From Candidatus Bathyarchaeota archaeon (GTDB taxonomy: Archaea; Thermoproteota; Bathyarchaeia; Bathyarchaeales; Bathycorpusculaceae): a DNA stretch of 64,000 nt. A model generated the notes under the pieces. It was given only the letters and a program-made list of their open reading frames with translations, ran no database searches and was not told the DNA's origin. This document shows, in pieces, positions 1 to 11,051 of this stretch. The position numbers and the translations under genes were made by a program. The stretch covers positions 74,419 to 138,418 of the forward strand of contig CAVRFW010000013.1 in the NCBI GenBank assembly GCA_963720565.1. Direction: 5' to 3'. Each line of letters opens with the position of its first letter. Position 1 is the first letter of the stretch.

Positions 1-1
1 C

Positions 2-466
2 AACCTGGTTTCCGTCCCTGAATACTATGCCTCTTACACTCTGTAGGTTTCTATTATTAGCAATAGAGTCAATCAATTCCACAACAGTTTCTTCGCCATC
101 ACCTATTACGCCAAAATCAATCCCGAATTCCGCGAATACTAATTTAGGCATTGTTGTAAGTATCGGTCCTCCCAAGATTATCTTGGGTTTTGTGGTATGA
201 TTTTTTGCGGTATCGATAATCTTTTCTATCACAGAATAAGCAAGTGCATTGCCACCTGTGCACACAAAATCATATTTTTTCCGGTTTAGCTTGCTGTTCA
301 AAATATCCTTAATATTTCCAGGGTAATGGTTTAGGTTCAGAGCATCAACATTATGGTTCGCTTTTTTTAGGACAACAGATATGTAACTTAAACCTATGGG
401 GAATAAGTAGTCAAAATTTTCCGTCAATTTGTCAGAGTATCTGGGTACTACTAGCAGTATTTCCAT
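2..466 (-). CDS. B12-binding domain radical SAM protein, N-terminal part (runs off the window edge)
   Basis: Manual translation MEILLVVPRY...FPIGLSYISVVLKKANHNV...KIILGGPILT...DFGVIGDGEETVVELI...VRGIVFRD matches the cobalamin-binding N-terminus of class B radical SAM enzymes. Absent from the ORF track. The region is AT-rich. Confidence 0.8.
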   Translation of the reverse strand, partial: MEILLVVPRYSDKLTENFDYLFPIGLSYISVVLKKANHNVDALNLNHYPGNIKDILNSKLNRKKYDFVCTGGNALAYSVIEKIIDTAKNHTTKPKIILGGPILTTMPKLVFAEFGIDFGVIGDGEETVVELIDSIANNRNLQSVRGIVFRDGNQV

Positions 467-708
467 CAATCTTTACTCCAACCCGCAAAACGGGAGATGT
501 TAGATAGGTCAACAACGACATTCTTCGAAGCATTGAGTGATGCTTTAGGCATAAGAATTTTGAGAATCTTGAGTAAAGTTTATCACTCTTCATTTTCAAT
601 TGGCTCTCTCCCGAATGTTAGGTAGTTGCGCGTGCTTATGACTGAGAACCCAAATCCGACTACCCTATGAACAGTATAAGTTTTTCGAAAGCGCACTTGA
701 CTACGTGT

Positions 709-1224
709 CTATTTTCTGTATGTTGCGTCTCCTTTGAAGATTACCTGCTTGAACTTCCAGCCCGAGTCTTCCACGATTTTTTTTATCGGGTTGCGCACCT
801 TGCTCACGTCAAAAGAGTAATCGTAGATTTTGCCCCCAGATGTCGGCTCTTCGGTTTTCTTGACGCCCCATTCCTTCGCAAACTGCTTTGACCCGATAAC
901 TTTTCCACGGAAAAACTTTTTTTCTCCTGAAAAGTCCGCCCCACCTATTGAAACGGCTGCCTCTCCCGAAGTCTCCGCCATTTCCTCGTTGTATCTCGCC
1001 TCGTGCGTCTTCTCGTCCAATAGGAGGAAAGCCTTGTAGCTCTTCTTCAATTTTTCAACTTTGTCTATTTCATATTCTGTTGCGTCCACTATCTTTCGTT
1101 CCACGACAAAATCAGTTTCAGGCGAAGCAACAAACCTGAACTGATCGCTTTTCTGTCCCAACTCGATCAGCTTCGCCGACAAATCAATCTTAGACAAAAC
1201 ATTCTTTCTTCCAAACAAAGGCAT
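709..1224 (-). CDS. hypothetical protein
   Basis: 171-aa ORF with GGAGG upstream of the ATG; no recognised motif. Confidence 0.7.
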   Translation of the reverse strand: MPLFGRKNVLSKIDLSAKLIELGQKSDQFRFVASPETDFVVERKIVDATEYEIDKVEKLKKSYKAFLLLDEKTHEARYNEEMAETSGEAAVSIGGADFSGEKKFFRGKVIGSKQFAKEWGVKKTEEPTSGGKIYDYSFDVSKVRNPIKKIVEDSGWKFKQVIFKGDATYRK

Positions 1225-1483
1225 ATGTGAACCTCCAAAAACAAAAATAATTCACTTGCGATTTATCGTTTGCGGTTCCACCATTGCAAGCCACGCGCGC
1301 TCTGTAATTTCTTGCCAAGATTAATGAAAGAATAACAAAAGCAAAGCAGAATTTTCTGTGATGATTATGAAAGCTCCATATGGCAAGAATTACCCTCACA
1401 CCCTCTGACAATCATTATCGAGATAATCCCAAAATTCAGAAAAGGAAAAGTGCGTTCTTTCAATAATTTTATAAGCAATTCCA

Positions 1484-4228
1484 ATGCACAGTAGCAAATG
1501 CGTTCTTGCGTGCCTTACTCGCGAGAACAGCAAAAGAAAGGAGAAAAGAAATTACTTGAAAATACACAAAAACGCAGCAGCGATAATTTTGCTTTCTACG
1601 TTACTAATGCTTTCGATGGAAGTTTCAGTACTAGGACAAGTCACTTTTCCACCAGGAACCAAAATACCAACATACGCCTTCATCAACGTTGCACCTAACC
1701 CAATAGGCGTCGGTCAATCAGTAACCGTTAACTTCTTCCTTGCAACACCCATGGAAAACAACGAAAGACCCACAAACATGAATGTTAAGATAACCAAGCC
1801 TGACGGAACAACCCAAACACTGGGACCATTCACAGGAGACACAACCGGAGGATCATTCACCACATTCGTTCCCAGCCAAACTGGCACCTACTCGTTCCAG
1901 TTCCTCTATGGCGGACAAACACTAGCGCCAGGCGGAGGCTACGGAGGCCTCGTTAACCAGCCTAAGCGAAAGTGCTGTAGTAATGCTCACAGTGCAAGAA
2001 GAACCGATATACGAAAGCGCGTATCCAGCCTCTCCGCTTCCAAGCAACTATTGGCAAACACCGGTTTCATCAATGAACGTCGAGAACTGGTACAAGATCA
2101 TGGGACCATGGCTTGGAACTGGCTCAGTCACCTTTGCGCAAACCGGAGGCTACAACGTCAGCTCCATGTGCAATCCATACACTGAATCAGTATTGTCCGG
2201 TCACGTTCTCTGGACAAAAGTCTGGGGTACCGGAGGCGTAGTCGGCGGCGATGCGGGCGGAGGTCAAGAATCGGGTCACTACTGGTCAACCAGACAGTAC
2301 TGGCCTCAATACGCACCGGTCATAATAAACGGCATAATGTATTCTACCTACTACCCGGAAACCACGGGCTACTCAAATGGCATTCTCGCAACAGACCTCT
2401 ACACAGGCGAAACCCTCTGGACAATAAACACCACTAACGCGTTGCGATGCGGCATGACCATGGACGTTAAAACAGCCAACGCTTACGGCGCTGTCGGTCC
2501 ATACATCTGGACCACCGGCACTCTCCCAGCAGCAGACACAGGCGGAAGGCAAATCGGAGGTGGACCCTCGTCGTATATGAACACGACAGGAACACAATGG
2601 AACATGTATTCCGGCTTAACTGGACAATACGTCCTCAGCGTAGTCAACGGCACAACCATGACGCTTAGGCCAGACGAAAACGGAAACTTGATAGGCTACT
2701 ACATCAACAGCACCGCCGGCCCACAAAATGTCTATTCCTTTGGAGAGGGAGGCGGATTCTTCGGACCCTCACTAGTCCCACGATGGTGAATATTACTGGT
2801 CCTCGCATGTGCGCTTTCAACATGACACAATTGATAGGCAGTTCTTGGGGATGGGGTCCCTCGGTTAACGGCGTCTATGACTTTGCGCTAGGTGTAATGT
2901 GGTCAAAGCCAGTACCTACCACCATTTCAGGTGTGCCTATAACTCCGGGTCTTGCTTTGAACTCGATAACCGGCGATGCACTAGTTCTAAGCGGCGGATA
3001 TGTTCACGGACAAGGAGTCGGAGGAGAAACGGCAGGCTGGCTCGTCATAGCAAGCATGGATCAAAACACAGGCAACGTGTTGATGGTAAAGAACCTAACA
3101 TACCCATCAACAATCTCGTTGTTACCTTTCACAAGAACAACCAGCTCGTTCGGTGACGGCCTGATCGCTATCGCAAACGACGTCAACAAAAACGTAGTTG
3201 CCTACGATGTGCATACAGGCAACAAGGTATGGGAAACAGCTCTTCAAACCGACAGCACTGACGGAAACCAAACGATTACGACCTATTCAGCCTAAAGTCA
3301 TGGGTAGCAAACGGCGTGATGTACTGGTTTGGCTTAGGAGGAGACATCTGGGCTCTTGAAACCAGACAACGGAAACGTAAGATGGTACACAAACACGACA
3401 AGACTCATCGGCGACCCAGGAATTGAGACTCCCTACGGAATTTGGCCACTATGGGTTTTCAACAGCATGGGCCTCACAAACGATGTGGCTTACTTCACTA
3501 TCGGCCACGAATACAACCCACCACTCTTCCACGGCGCACAGATGCTAGCCGTAAACGCAACTAACGGAGAATTGATATGGAGCGAACTGGGCACCTACAT
3601 CAGATCCACAGCCATTGCCTACGGAGTCATGTTGTCTCTGAACGCCTACGATAACCAGATATACGCATTCGCCAAGGGACCAAGCGCAACCACCGTCACG
3701 GCTCCCAGCGTAGGAGTCGCAACCGACACCCCAATAACGATAACAGGCACGGTAATGGACGTTTCAGCTGGCACTCAACAAAGCGAAGTCGCAAAGAACT
3801 TCCCCAACGGCCTCCCATGCGTCTCTGACGAAAGCATGAGCAGCTGGATGGAATACGTCTACCAAAACCAGCCATGTCCAGCAGACTTTACAGGCGTCAA
3901 AGTTACCCTAAACGTCCTTGACTCAAACGGCAACTTCAGACCAATCGGCACCGCCACAACCGATGCTTCGGGCACATTCGGCTACACTTGGACCCCTGAC
4001 ATACCAGGCAACTACCGAGTCATCGCCAACTTTGAAGGAACAAACGGCTACTATCCATCCTCTGCCACAACATACTTCTACGCCAGCGAAGCTCAACAAC
4101 CCACTCCTGAACCAACTCAGGCTCCCACATCTTTAGCTGACCAGTATCTGCTGCCTGCAACAGGCGGAATCATCGCTGCAATCGCAATAGTCGGCGTCGC
4201 GCTAGCACTATTGCTCAGAAAACGGTAA
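1484..4228 (+). CDS. large secreted PQQ-like beta-propeller surface protein with C-terminal TM anchor (split over 4 ORFs by frameshifts near 1960, 2785 and 3290)
   Basis: Signal peptide, YAFINVAPNPIGVGQ start, Trp-docking repeats (TGETLWT, TGNKVWET, TNGELIWS), C-terminal TITGTVMDVSAGT...PCVSDESMSSWMEY and TM + LLRKR. Confidence 0.85.
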
Positions 4229-4235
4229 ACATCTT

Positions 4236-4262
4236 GAAGGCAAAGCCTTCACCCCCCTTTTT
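4236..4262 (+). terminator. hairpin plus C/T tract after the surface-protein gene
   Basis: tgaaggc-aaa-gccttca followed by cccccctttttt. Confidence 0.45.
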
Positions 4263-4499
4263 AGTCAACAAAACAAATTAACCAGTTGCTGCCACGCGTC
4301 GCACGCCTTTTTCAACAAAGGTTTGTTTCTAAAACACTCCTAAAGTTTATCTGTAGATATTGCAGACTTTTAGTGTCGAGATGCGGAAAAATGGTTGGAA
4401 CCGTAGCAAACGCGTTTGCGCAGGTAACGCTTCACGTGTGGGGGCATAACTATTAAGAATGTCCTTCTTAGGCAGAATCAAGAAGGCAAGAGGATAGTC

Positions 4500-5450
4500 A
4501 TGAGTGAAATTTCTAGGCTCTACGATAGTTGCGGGCGCCCAACAATCAATTTCCGGGTTTCTCTGACCCAGCGTTGCAATCTGAAATGTCCCTACTGCCA
4601 CCGCGAAGGCCAGCTCAGAGGCTCCAGCCCCCGAGAAATGACCGCGGACGAAGTTGAACGCCTCGTCAAAATCGCTGTTTCTCTGGGCATAACGTATGTC
4701 AAGATTACTGGGGGCGAACCGCTCCTGCGCGAAGACATAGTCGACATCGTAGGCAGAATAGCAGAGATTGAGGGTTTGCAAGACGTATCCTTAACCACAA
4801 ACGGCACTCGTTTAGCCACTTTCGCCAAGCCTCTTCATGAGGCAGGCTTAAAACGTGTTAACATAAACATTGCATCTCTGAACGCCAAAACCTACCACAA
4901 ACTGAACGGAGGCAACTTGAACGATGCCCTAGAAGGTGTGCAGGCAGCTGTTAAGGCAGGTTTTAACCCCGTCAAGCTGAACTATTTGCTTCTTAGAGGC
5001 GTCAACGAAAATGAAGTCAATGATATGATGGCGTTCGCTGAAAAAAACAACATAATCCTGCAGATGCTAGAACTTGAACCTGTTAATACGGAGGACTCAT
5101 ACTTCAAGAAGCACTACTACCCTCTAAATGAGATCGAAGAAACCCTCAAAGAGAAAGCCATTTCAGTAAATCAACGCAAAGAAATGCAGAACCGACGGAT
5201 CTACACCCTGCCCAAACTGAAGGTTGAAGTCGTTAACTCGCTGGAAAACAGCGCGTTTTGCGCTCGATGCGCACGTTTGCGGTTAACCAGCAACGGCTTC
5301 CTCAAACCCTGCCTAATGGTGCTTGACAATCTCGTTGACGTGCTAACGCCGCTCAGAAACGGAGCCGATGACACCGAACTAAAAAAATGCTTCATGGAAG
5401 CAGTAAGGAGAAGAAAACCATTTTTTCAGCCCTCAAAAACTGAGTCCTGA
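4500..5450 (+). CDS. moaA: GTP 3',8-cyclase MoaA
   Basis: LYDSCGRP..FRVSLTQRCNLKCPYC (CxxxCxxC), TGGEPLLR, C-terminal FCARCARLRLTSNGFLKPCL. Confidence 0.92.
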   Translation: MSEISRLYDSCGRPTINFRVSLTQRCNLKCPYCHREGQLRGSSPREMTADEVERLVKIAVSLGITYVKITGGEPLLREDIVDIVGRIAEIEGLQDVSLTTNGTRLATFAKPLHEAGLKRVNINIASLNAKTYHKLNGGNLNDALEGVQAAVKAGFNPVKLNYLLLRGVNENEVNDMMAFAEKNNIILQMLELEPVNTEDSYFKKHYYPLNEIEETLKEKAISVNQRKEMQNRRIYTLPKLKVEVVNSLENSAFCARCARLRLTSNGFLKPCLMVLDNLVDVLTPLRNGADDTELKKCFMEAVRRRKPFFQPSKTES

Positions 5451-5460
5451 CTCTACCACT

Positions 5461-6408
5461 TCATGGTCTGTAGCCGTTTAGAACGCATAAAGCCAGGGTT
5501 GCAGCGGTTATGTCGGCTGTTGTTCCGGGGTTATGTCGGCTTCCCGATTCTCTGAGTCTTTTATCAAACTCTAGAATGGCTATTTTTCCCTCTGGAGTTT
5601 CCAGTCCGCCTTTCTCGAGCATCTTGAATGCGTCAAACGATATTTCGCGCGCCTTCTCGACGCCGGCTTTTCTGGCTATGAAAGTGTCTGGGTGCTTTGA
5701 GAGAATGTTAAGGAAAGTGTGGATGATTGACGTGTTCAAGTCTCTGCTTTTAAGCTGCTCCATAATGTAGGGATAAGCCAGGTCGAAGGTTATGGGGTAG
5801 TTGTTTACCCACTCCGAGCAGATGTCATCGTAACCCGCGGCTAACTTGAAAACCTCGTAAAGCGAAACCTTGTCTTGCAGAATCCGCGATTTCGAAGCTG
5901 GGTTGCTTACGTCCAGATCTGGCGCTTCGCCAAGACCGCTGGGCTTCGCTATGTCAATGGCCTCGTAAAGGTGAACCGCGTCTTTGGGAGTCGTTGACTC
6001 AACAGCCAACCTCAGGTTTTCCCTCAACAGTCCAAAATCAAAAACAAAATTCCTCTCGGTTCGGGTCATTCCAGCCGCAACAGCAAGGGGAACAAACAAC
6101 ATCACGGTGCCAAGCAACGTGTTTCCACCTTTCTGCCAAACACTAATGTCGCTTGCGCATTCCTTCATGATTTTGCCCATTCCAACCTTGCCTACGCCAA
6201 GCCTGCCTTCTGACACGGCGACACCCCTCTCAGCTGCTTTTTCGAAAGACGGCCGTGCAGCCACTGCAGAGGCGAGAAAATGCTCAACTCGCGTACCGTG
6301 AAAACCAACCGAGAAATTCACGTTTCCGGGCTTGTTAGCGCTGACCTCAAGAAGAATCGCCAACTCCAAACACTTGGCAATATGCTTTGCTTTTTCACTT
6401 TTAGGCAT
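5461..6408 (-). CDS. citG: CitG/MdcB-like triphosphoribosyl-dephospho-CoA synthase family protein
   Basis: LLEVSANKPGNV, GGNTLLG, PDTFIARK and NPGTTAD motifs. Confidence 0.85.
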   Translation of the reverse strand: MPKSEKAKHIAKCLELAILLEVSANKPGNVNFSVGFHGTRVEHFLASAVAARPSFEKAAERGVAVSEGRLGVGKVGMGKIMKECASDISVWQKGGNTLLGTVMLFVPLAVAAGMTRTERNFVFDFGLLRENLRLAVESTTPKDAVHLYEAIDIAKPSGLGEAPDLDVSNPASKSRILQDKVSLYEVFKLAAGYDDICSEWVNNYPITFDLAYPYIMEQLKSRDLNTSIIHTFLNILSKHPDTFIARKAGVEKAREISFDAFKMLEKGGLETPEGKIAILEFDKRLRESGSRHNPGTTADITAATLALCVLNGYRP

Positions 6409-6521
6409 CTGGGAAAACCCGCTTGAGTCTATACTGGCTCAAAAAAAGTTTATTAACGTTATGTAAAAAGGTACAACCAATTGAACCAATACAACACCGT
6501 GGAAAAAAGGGAGGTTTTTGG

Positions 6522-7541
6522 TTGCGCGCTCGCGAGGGTGATTTGATTGAAACGGGAAACAACGTGGTTTTTGACGTGAAGGGGCTGGTGCATCCTCCCG
6601 GCAAAGTCGTTGCTTTTCCTCGTTTCATACCGTCGCCGACAGGCACCCGCAAAACCCGAAAAGGCTTATACGGGAAAGTCTACAACCTGGCTGAACGCTT
6701 CAAATACCTCCAGGAAAACATGCCAAACCTCATAGTTCATGACCCGGTCTTCGACGAAAATCTCTGCGAAGTCCCGGACACTTCAATAACGCAGCATTAT
6801 AAGCCAGCTGAAGGCCTCAGAAAACTCCGCTTCTCCCGCAAGCTAACCGAGCTAGAAAGCAAGGCACTTCGCTTCGCTGGGTCGTTGAAAGATGCTGCAG
6901 GCATCCCCTGGAACGCTGTTGGAATCTCCGGTTCCGTCCTGGTTGGTCTCTCAACTTCAGGCTCTGACATTGACCCAGTAGTCTACGGCATCGACAACGC
7001 CCGCAAGGCCTACGAGGCACTTGAAAAACTGTTAAAAACTCGGGGTTCAGGCTTTAAACCCTACAGCAATGAGGAGCTGCAAACGCTCTTCGAGTTCCGT
7101 TCGAAAGACACTGAAATGAGCTTCGAAGACTTCGCCCGGGTCGAATCCCGAAAAGCCTTCCAGGGAAAGTTTGACGGCGTCGACTACTTCGTGCGTTTCA
7201 TGAAAGACTGGCGCGAAATAAACGAGGAGTACGGAGATTTGTGCTACAAGAACAGCGGTCACTCAAAAATAACGGCAACAGTGAAAGATGATTCAGAAGC
7301 CCTCTTCACACCATGCACGTACACACTCGAGAACGTCGAGGTTGTTGACGGTTCAAGGCTGAAGCCAATATCCGAAATTGCCTCGTTCCGCGGAAGATTC
7401 TGCCAGCAAGCTCGAATTGGCGAAACTGTAGTGGCTCAAGGAAAAATAGAGCACGTAATCAACAAGAAACAAAACACTGAGCACTACAGAATGATAATCG
7501 GCAACAAACCCTCAGACTACATGGCACTCTCATACGTCTAA
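6522..7541 (+). CDS. Pol-beta superfamily nucleotidyltransferase (COG1665-like), paralog 1
   Basis: GISGSVLVG...SDIDPVVYG motif. Likely TTG start at 6522 after GGAGGT; the ORF track starts at 6423. Confidence 0.8.
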   Translation: MRAREGDLIETGNNVVFDVKGLVHPPGKVVAFPRFIPSPTGTRKTRKGLYGKVYNLAERFKYLQENMPNLIVHDPVFDENLCEVPDTSITQHYKPAEGLRKLRFSRKLTELESKALRFAGSLKDAAGIPWNAVGISGSVLVGLSTSGSDIDPVVYGIDNARKAYEALEKLLKTRGSGFKPYSNEELQTLFEFRSKDTEMSFEDFARVESRKAFQGKFDGVDYFVRFMKDWREINEEYGDLCYKNSGHSKITATVKDDSEALFTPCTYTLENVEVVDGSRLKPISEIASFRGRFCQQARIGETVVAQGKIEHVINKKQNTEHYRMIIGNKPSDYMALSYV

Positions 7542-8609
7542 CGCCGAAACTTTCAAAACCTGCTCATAATAACGCGGACAATAAGTCAAAGTGACCTGGC
7601 GAAAACTGCCCCCTGGCGAAACCACTTCTTCAAGATTGCCCTCCACGATAACGGTCTCGTCTTTCTGGACTTGCTGGCGAAACTCCTCCATGTACGAGAA
7701 CACACGCGCCGCCTCCAGGGATTCTCCATTTCCCTCAAGAACCTCCAAGGGCTCAATGCCATAGACTGAGGGTATAAACGGCGCATCGGAATCATCAACT
7801 ACTCGGGCTTTGATTCTTGTCCACCCTTTCGGTATGATGCGGCTCTTCGGATTATACTCTGAGACAATTTCGCTCCAGGCCTTCACCGGCTCAAACTCTG
7901 CCTTCGTGATCCTGCCGCTTTTCTTGTCATCGAATAACCCGTAGATCATTTTCCGCTTCTGATGCCACACGAACTCTTTGACACTCAAATTTTTGAGTCG
8001 CCAACGTTTCCCCTCCATAGCCTCTTCCGACTCGAACTCGTTTCTGAACCCTGAATCAGACTCGTCATAAAGTGCCTCCAACGTTTCGCGCACCGCAATG
8101 TTTTGTTTTCTCCCGTAGACTGTCAGGTCAATGTCTGAAAAGTCAGGGTTATGAAAACCTTGAAGCATTGAACCGAACACGCCAAAACACTTTGCTGGCA
8201 CGCCTGAATTTTGGGTCACCTTGTTTAGGACACGCACGGTAGCGTCAACAAGCTTGTCTTTAGACTCAATTTTCAACAAAGCCTGTAACCGTTTTTCCGG
8301 CTTTCTCGCCTCCAGAATATCTTCATGTTTCACTCCCAAAACTTTCTGGTTGAGCATTTTGTGGAGAACGGTGTACTGCGGATATTTGTCGAAGACGAGT
8401 TTCATGCCTTCGTCGTTGTAGAACTTGTAGAAGAGCTGTTTGCCTCCAGTTCTTGGGGCGCGGGGGTCGGTTGACGAGAAAATGTTGGCTGAGGCATATT
8501 CAGCGTCGCAGATGTAGGCTTTCTTGGGATGGGAGTAGCCAAATACTCTGAAGATTAAGCCTTCCTTGGTGATTATTCCATCGCGGTCTCTTAGGTTTGC
8601 ACGGGCCAA
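7530..8609 (-). CDS. Pol-beta superfamily nucleotidyltransferase (COG1665-like), paralog 2
   Basis: GVFGSMLQG...[10 protein letters not shown]-terminal [22 protein letters not shown]. Likely TTG start at 8609. Confidence 0.8.
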   Translation of the reverse strand: MARANLRDRDGIITKEGLIFRVFGYSHPKKAYICDAEYASANIFSSTDPRAPRTGGKQLFYKFYNDEGMKLVFDKYPQYTVLHKMLNQKVLGVKHEDILEARKPEKRLQALLKIESKDKLVDATVRVLNKVTQNSGVPAKCFGVFGSMLQGFHNPDFSDIDLTVYGRKQNIAVRETLEALYDESDSGFRNEFESEEAMEGKRWRLKNLSVKEFVWHQKRKMIYGLFDDKKSGRITKAEFEPVKAWSEIVSEYNPKSRIIPKGWTRIKARVVDDSDAPFIPSVYGIEPLEVLEGNGESLEAARVFSYMEEFRQQVQKDETVIVEGNLEEVVSPGGSFRQVTLTYCPRYYEQVLKVSALDV

Positions 8610-9631
8610 ATGTTCTCTTCCTCTGAGGTAGCGGTTCCAACGACGACTTGATGATGGATTTCGCCAGTCTTGACACATTCAACCTGCTCTAGCTGCCCCG
8701 AAACTTTGATTTCATTGCCTTCCCGAGCCACGTTTCTGTAGCATCCAATATTAGAAACCACGAGCTCAGGTATCTTATCCAAGGGCAGCTCCGATGCTGC
8801 GTCTAAGGGTTTGTACTTGGCGATTTTGTATGTTGCTGGGCGAAACATGGCTTCTGAGTCATCGCTGACTACGCAGTTGAAGCGAACTGGCTTGATGGGA
8901 GAAAACCGGAATTGACCGTACGTGGTGTTTATTTCTTCAGGTTTTCTTGTGGCGTTGTACATGAATATCTTCTTTTTGTATCGGCCTTGGAATTTCCGGG
9001 CGGCGTCCAACCGGTTGCCGATTATGTAGCTTAGCTTGCCAGCTTCCACGAGTCGAGAAATCGTTTTTTCCACGATTCGAAAGTTCTTTGAACCATAGAC
9101 AACGAAGTCTATATCCGACTCCGGCGCATGCATATTTAGGGCAATGGAACCGTGAATCCCAAAATCCTTCAGGCTAACACCTGACTCTTCCGACAGGGAT
9201 AGGACAAGATCCAACGCCATTCTCTGGAGTTTGTCCGGGTTTTTCAAACGGATTAAAGCTTCTAAACGATCCCTTGGCACAAAAACCAGCTCAATCCTGC
9301 CCAAGGGAGCGATAATCAGCTCCTTTTTGCGCAGATAACAATAGTAAATGTACTCAGGGAAGTGTGCACGTAGAGTCTCGATGAAAGACTTGTAGTTCTT
9401 GGCCGTGTAGAGTTTTTCTGCACGGAAAAGCTTTCTGCCCTTGTAATTCCATGTCCGCTCCAGCATCTCAACATGAAAAAGCTCTCTAAAATCAGAGGGA
9501 ATGTACTTGAGAAACGCAAAAACCCGGTCTATCGGGTGTTCATATCCAAAAGTGTTAAGGATGAAACCGTCTTTTGTTACGAATGTATCTCCATCGGCTG
9601 GAATCCAATCAGTAACCTCCACTCTTCTCAC
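8591..9631 (-). CDS. Pol-beta superfamily nucleotidyltransferase (COG1665-like), paralog 3
   Basis: GIHGSIALN...[10 protein letters not shown]-terminal [21 protein letters not shown]. Confidence 0.8.
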   Translation of the reverse strand: MRRVEVTDWIPADGDTFVTKDGFILNTFGYEHPIDRVFAFLKYIPSDFRELFHVEMLERTWNYKGRKLFRAEKLYTAKNYKSFIETLRAHFPEYIYYCYLRKKELIIAPLGRIELVFVPRDRLEALIRLKNPDKLQRMALDLVLSLSEESGVSLKDFGIHGSIALNMHAPESDIDFVVYGSKNFRIVEKTISRLVEAGKLSYIIGNRLDAARKFQGRYKKKIFMYNATRKPEEINTTYGQFRFSPIKPVRFNCVVSDDSEAMFRPATYKIAKYKPLDAASELPLDKIPELVVSNIGCYRNVAREGNEIKVSGQLEQVECVKTGEIHHQVVVGTATSEEENIWPVQT

Positions 9632-9787
9632 ACCGCGAATATGGTTATGCCATTAACTAAAAAAGCTATTGCACCTCGCCGTTTCGGAACAATGATACAA
9701 CGCGATTTGGCTAAACAATCTGACTCTGCGCAGTTGGCAATGAACCGCTTCGTTAGAATTAGCATTCTCTATAGAAAGTAACTCTGA

Positions 9788-10135
9788 TCAGACGAGTTTG
9801 TTACAGTCTGTCTCGACCTTTTCTAGCCATTCGTTAAACTCGCTTATGTCGAGTCCTCCTCCAAGGTCCGCGTCAAGTCGTCTCTGCACCTTTCCCTCAA
9901 CCAGAAAAATTGCTGTTGGCACAGCTTCAATATTGTAGTCTTCCCACAATGGATTACTGTAATCATCGATTCGCACCATCAGAAAAGCGGCGAACTTGGA
10001 TTCTGAAGAGGCTCTTTTGAAAACCGGCAAAAATCGAGTGCAGAAAGGACACCAAGAAGCGTAGAATAGTGCCAGAACCTTTTTCTCCTTAAAAAGCTGG
10101 CTTTCCAGATCCTTCCTGCTGGTGACTTCAATCAT
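9788..10135 (-). CDS. thioredoxin family protein
   Basis: FYASWCPFC active site and cis-Pro motif IEAVPT. Confidence 0.85.
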   Translation of the reverse strand: MIEVTSRKDLESQLFKEKKVLALFYASWCPFCTRFLPVFKRASSESKFAAFLMVRIDDYSNPLWEDYNIEAVPTAIFLVEGKVQRRLDADLGGGLDISEFNEWLEKVETDCNKLV

Positions 10136-10285
10136 AAGTTCAATCTGAACTTCTTACGTCATTCTTAAACATGTCGTCTGCTAAGGCAACATAAGAAGCC
10201 ATTTTGTCAATGGCAAATCTGTAAATTTGCAGAGTAGAGAAGGCTCTCCGAAACAAGAAACAGGTTTAGGCAACATCCTATATAC

Positions 10286-11051
10286 ATGATTTCACAGTCA
10301 TTTACAAAAGCCAAAGTGAATTTTTTGAAACCAAAGACAAAGTACAAACGCGGATATGCTGTAGCAACACTGATAGGTATTGAAGAGACCAACGGGGTAG
10401 TGTGGAAGGTCTTTAGTCACGTCGCCAAACATGAGAGAACAATAACCCTGAACGAATCAAGAGACAGCCTGAAATCCTTATACAATTTTCACGAAGCAAT
10501 AATTAACACTCTCAGACCTATTCTAAGAGAGGGTGTTAGGAGCATAATCTTGGCGTCACCTCCCAGGACCAACTACTCGCAAGAATTCGTTAGGCATGTT
10601 CGCCAACACCACGCTTGGCTTAATCAAGGACCCAGCAAAGCAATGCTGTCTGAAATTACAGGGTCAGCAAGTACCCAGTCTCAAGTAGCTGCATTGACAA
10701 GAACCGCAGCGTTCCATGAACTTGTTGACAAAACCACTCTGGAAGAAACAGAAAACCTGCTCGATCTGCTGGAGAAACGACTCAACACCTCAGACAACAA
10801 ATACGCTGTGCTGTTTTCGCTAGAAGAAGCAGAAGGCATAATACTAAAACATCAGACAACCGAGCGAACCTGAACCTGAGTATCTTCTGCTCACGGACAC
10901 GTACCTGGCAAACACCCGCCAGAAAAACCGTTTGCATCGACTAATGCAGATTGCCGCAAACAGAAACGTCAAAACCAGAATCGTGAACGCTGAATCTCAA
11001 GCCGGAAAACGCATCACACAGTTGGGCGGACTCGTATGCCTAGTGCATTAG
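10286..11051 (+). CDS. pelota/eRF1 domain 2-3-like protein lacking the N-terminal domain (frameshift near 10865)
   Basis: IILASP in domain 2. The shifted frame continues PEYLLLTDTYL...RNVKTRIVNAESQAGKRITQLGGLVCLVH*, matching the pelota C-terminus KIVLADTLL...VVSTEHEAGSKLLALGGIAALL. Confidence 0.7.

Noticed and set aside
6522..9631. Nucleotidyltransferases as MNT-HEPN toxin-antitoxin or CBASS cyclases
   Set aside because: They are ~340-360-aa multi-domain proteins with no HEPN partner or CBASS effector nearby, in a metabolic context
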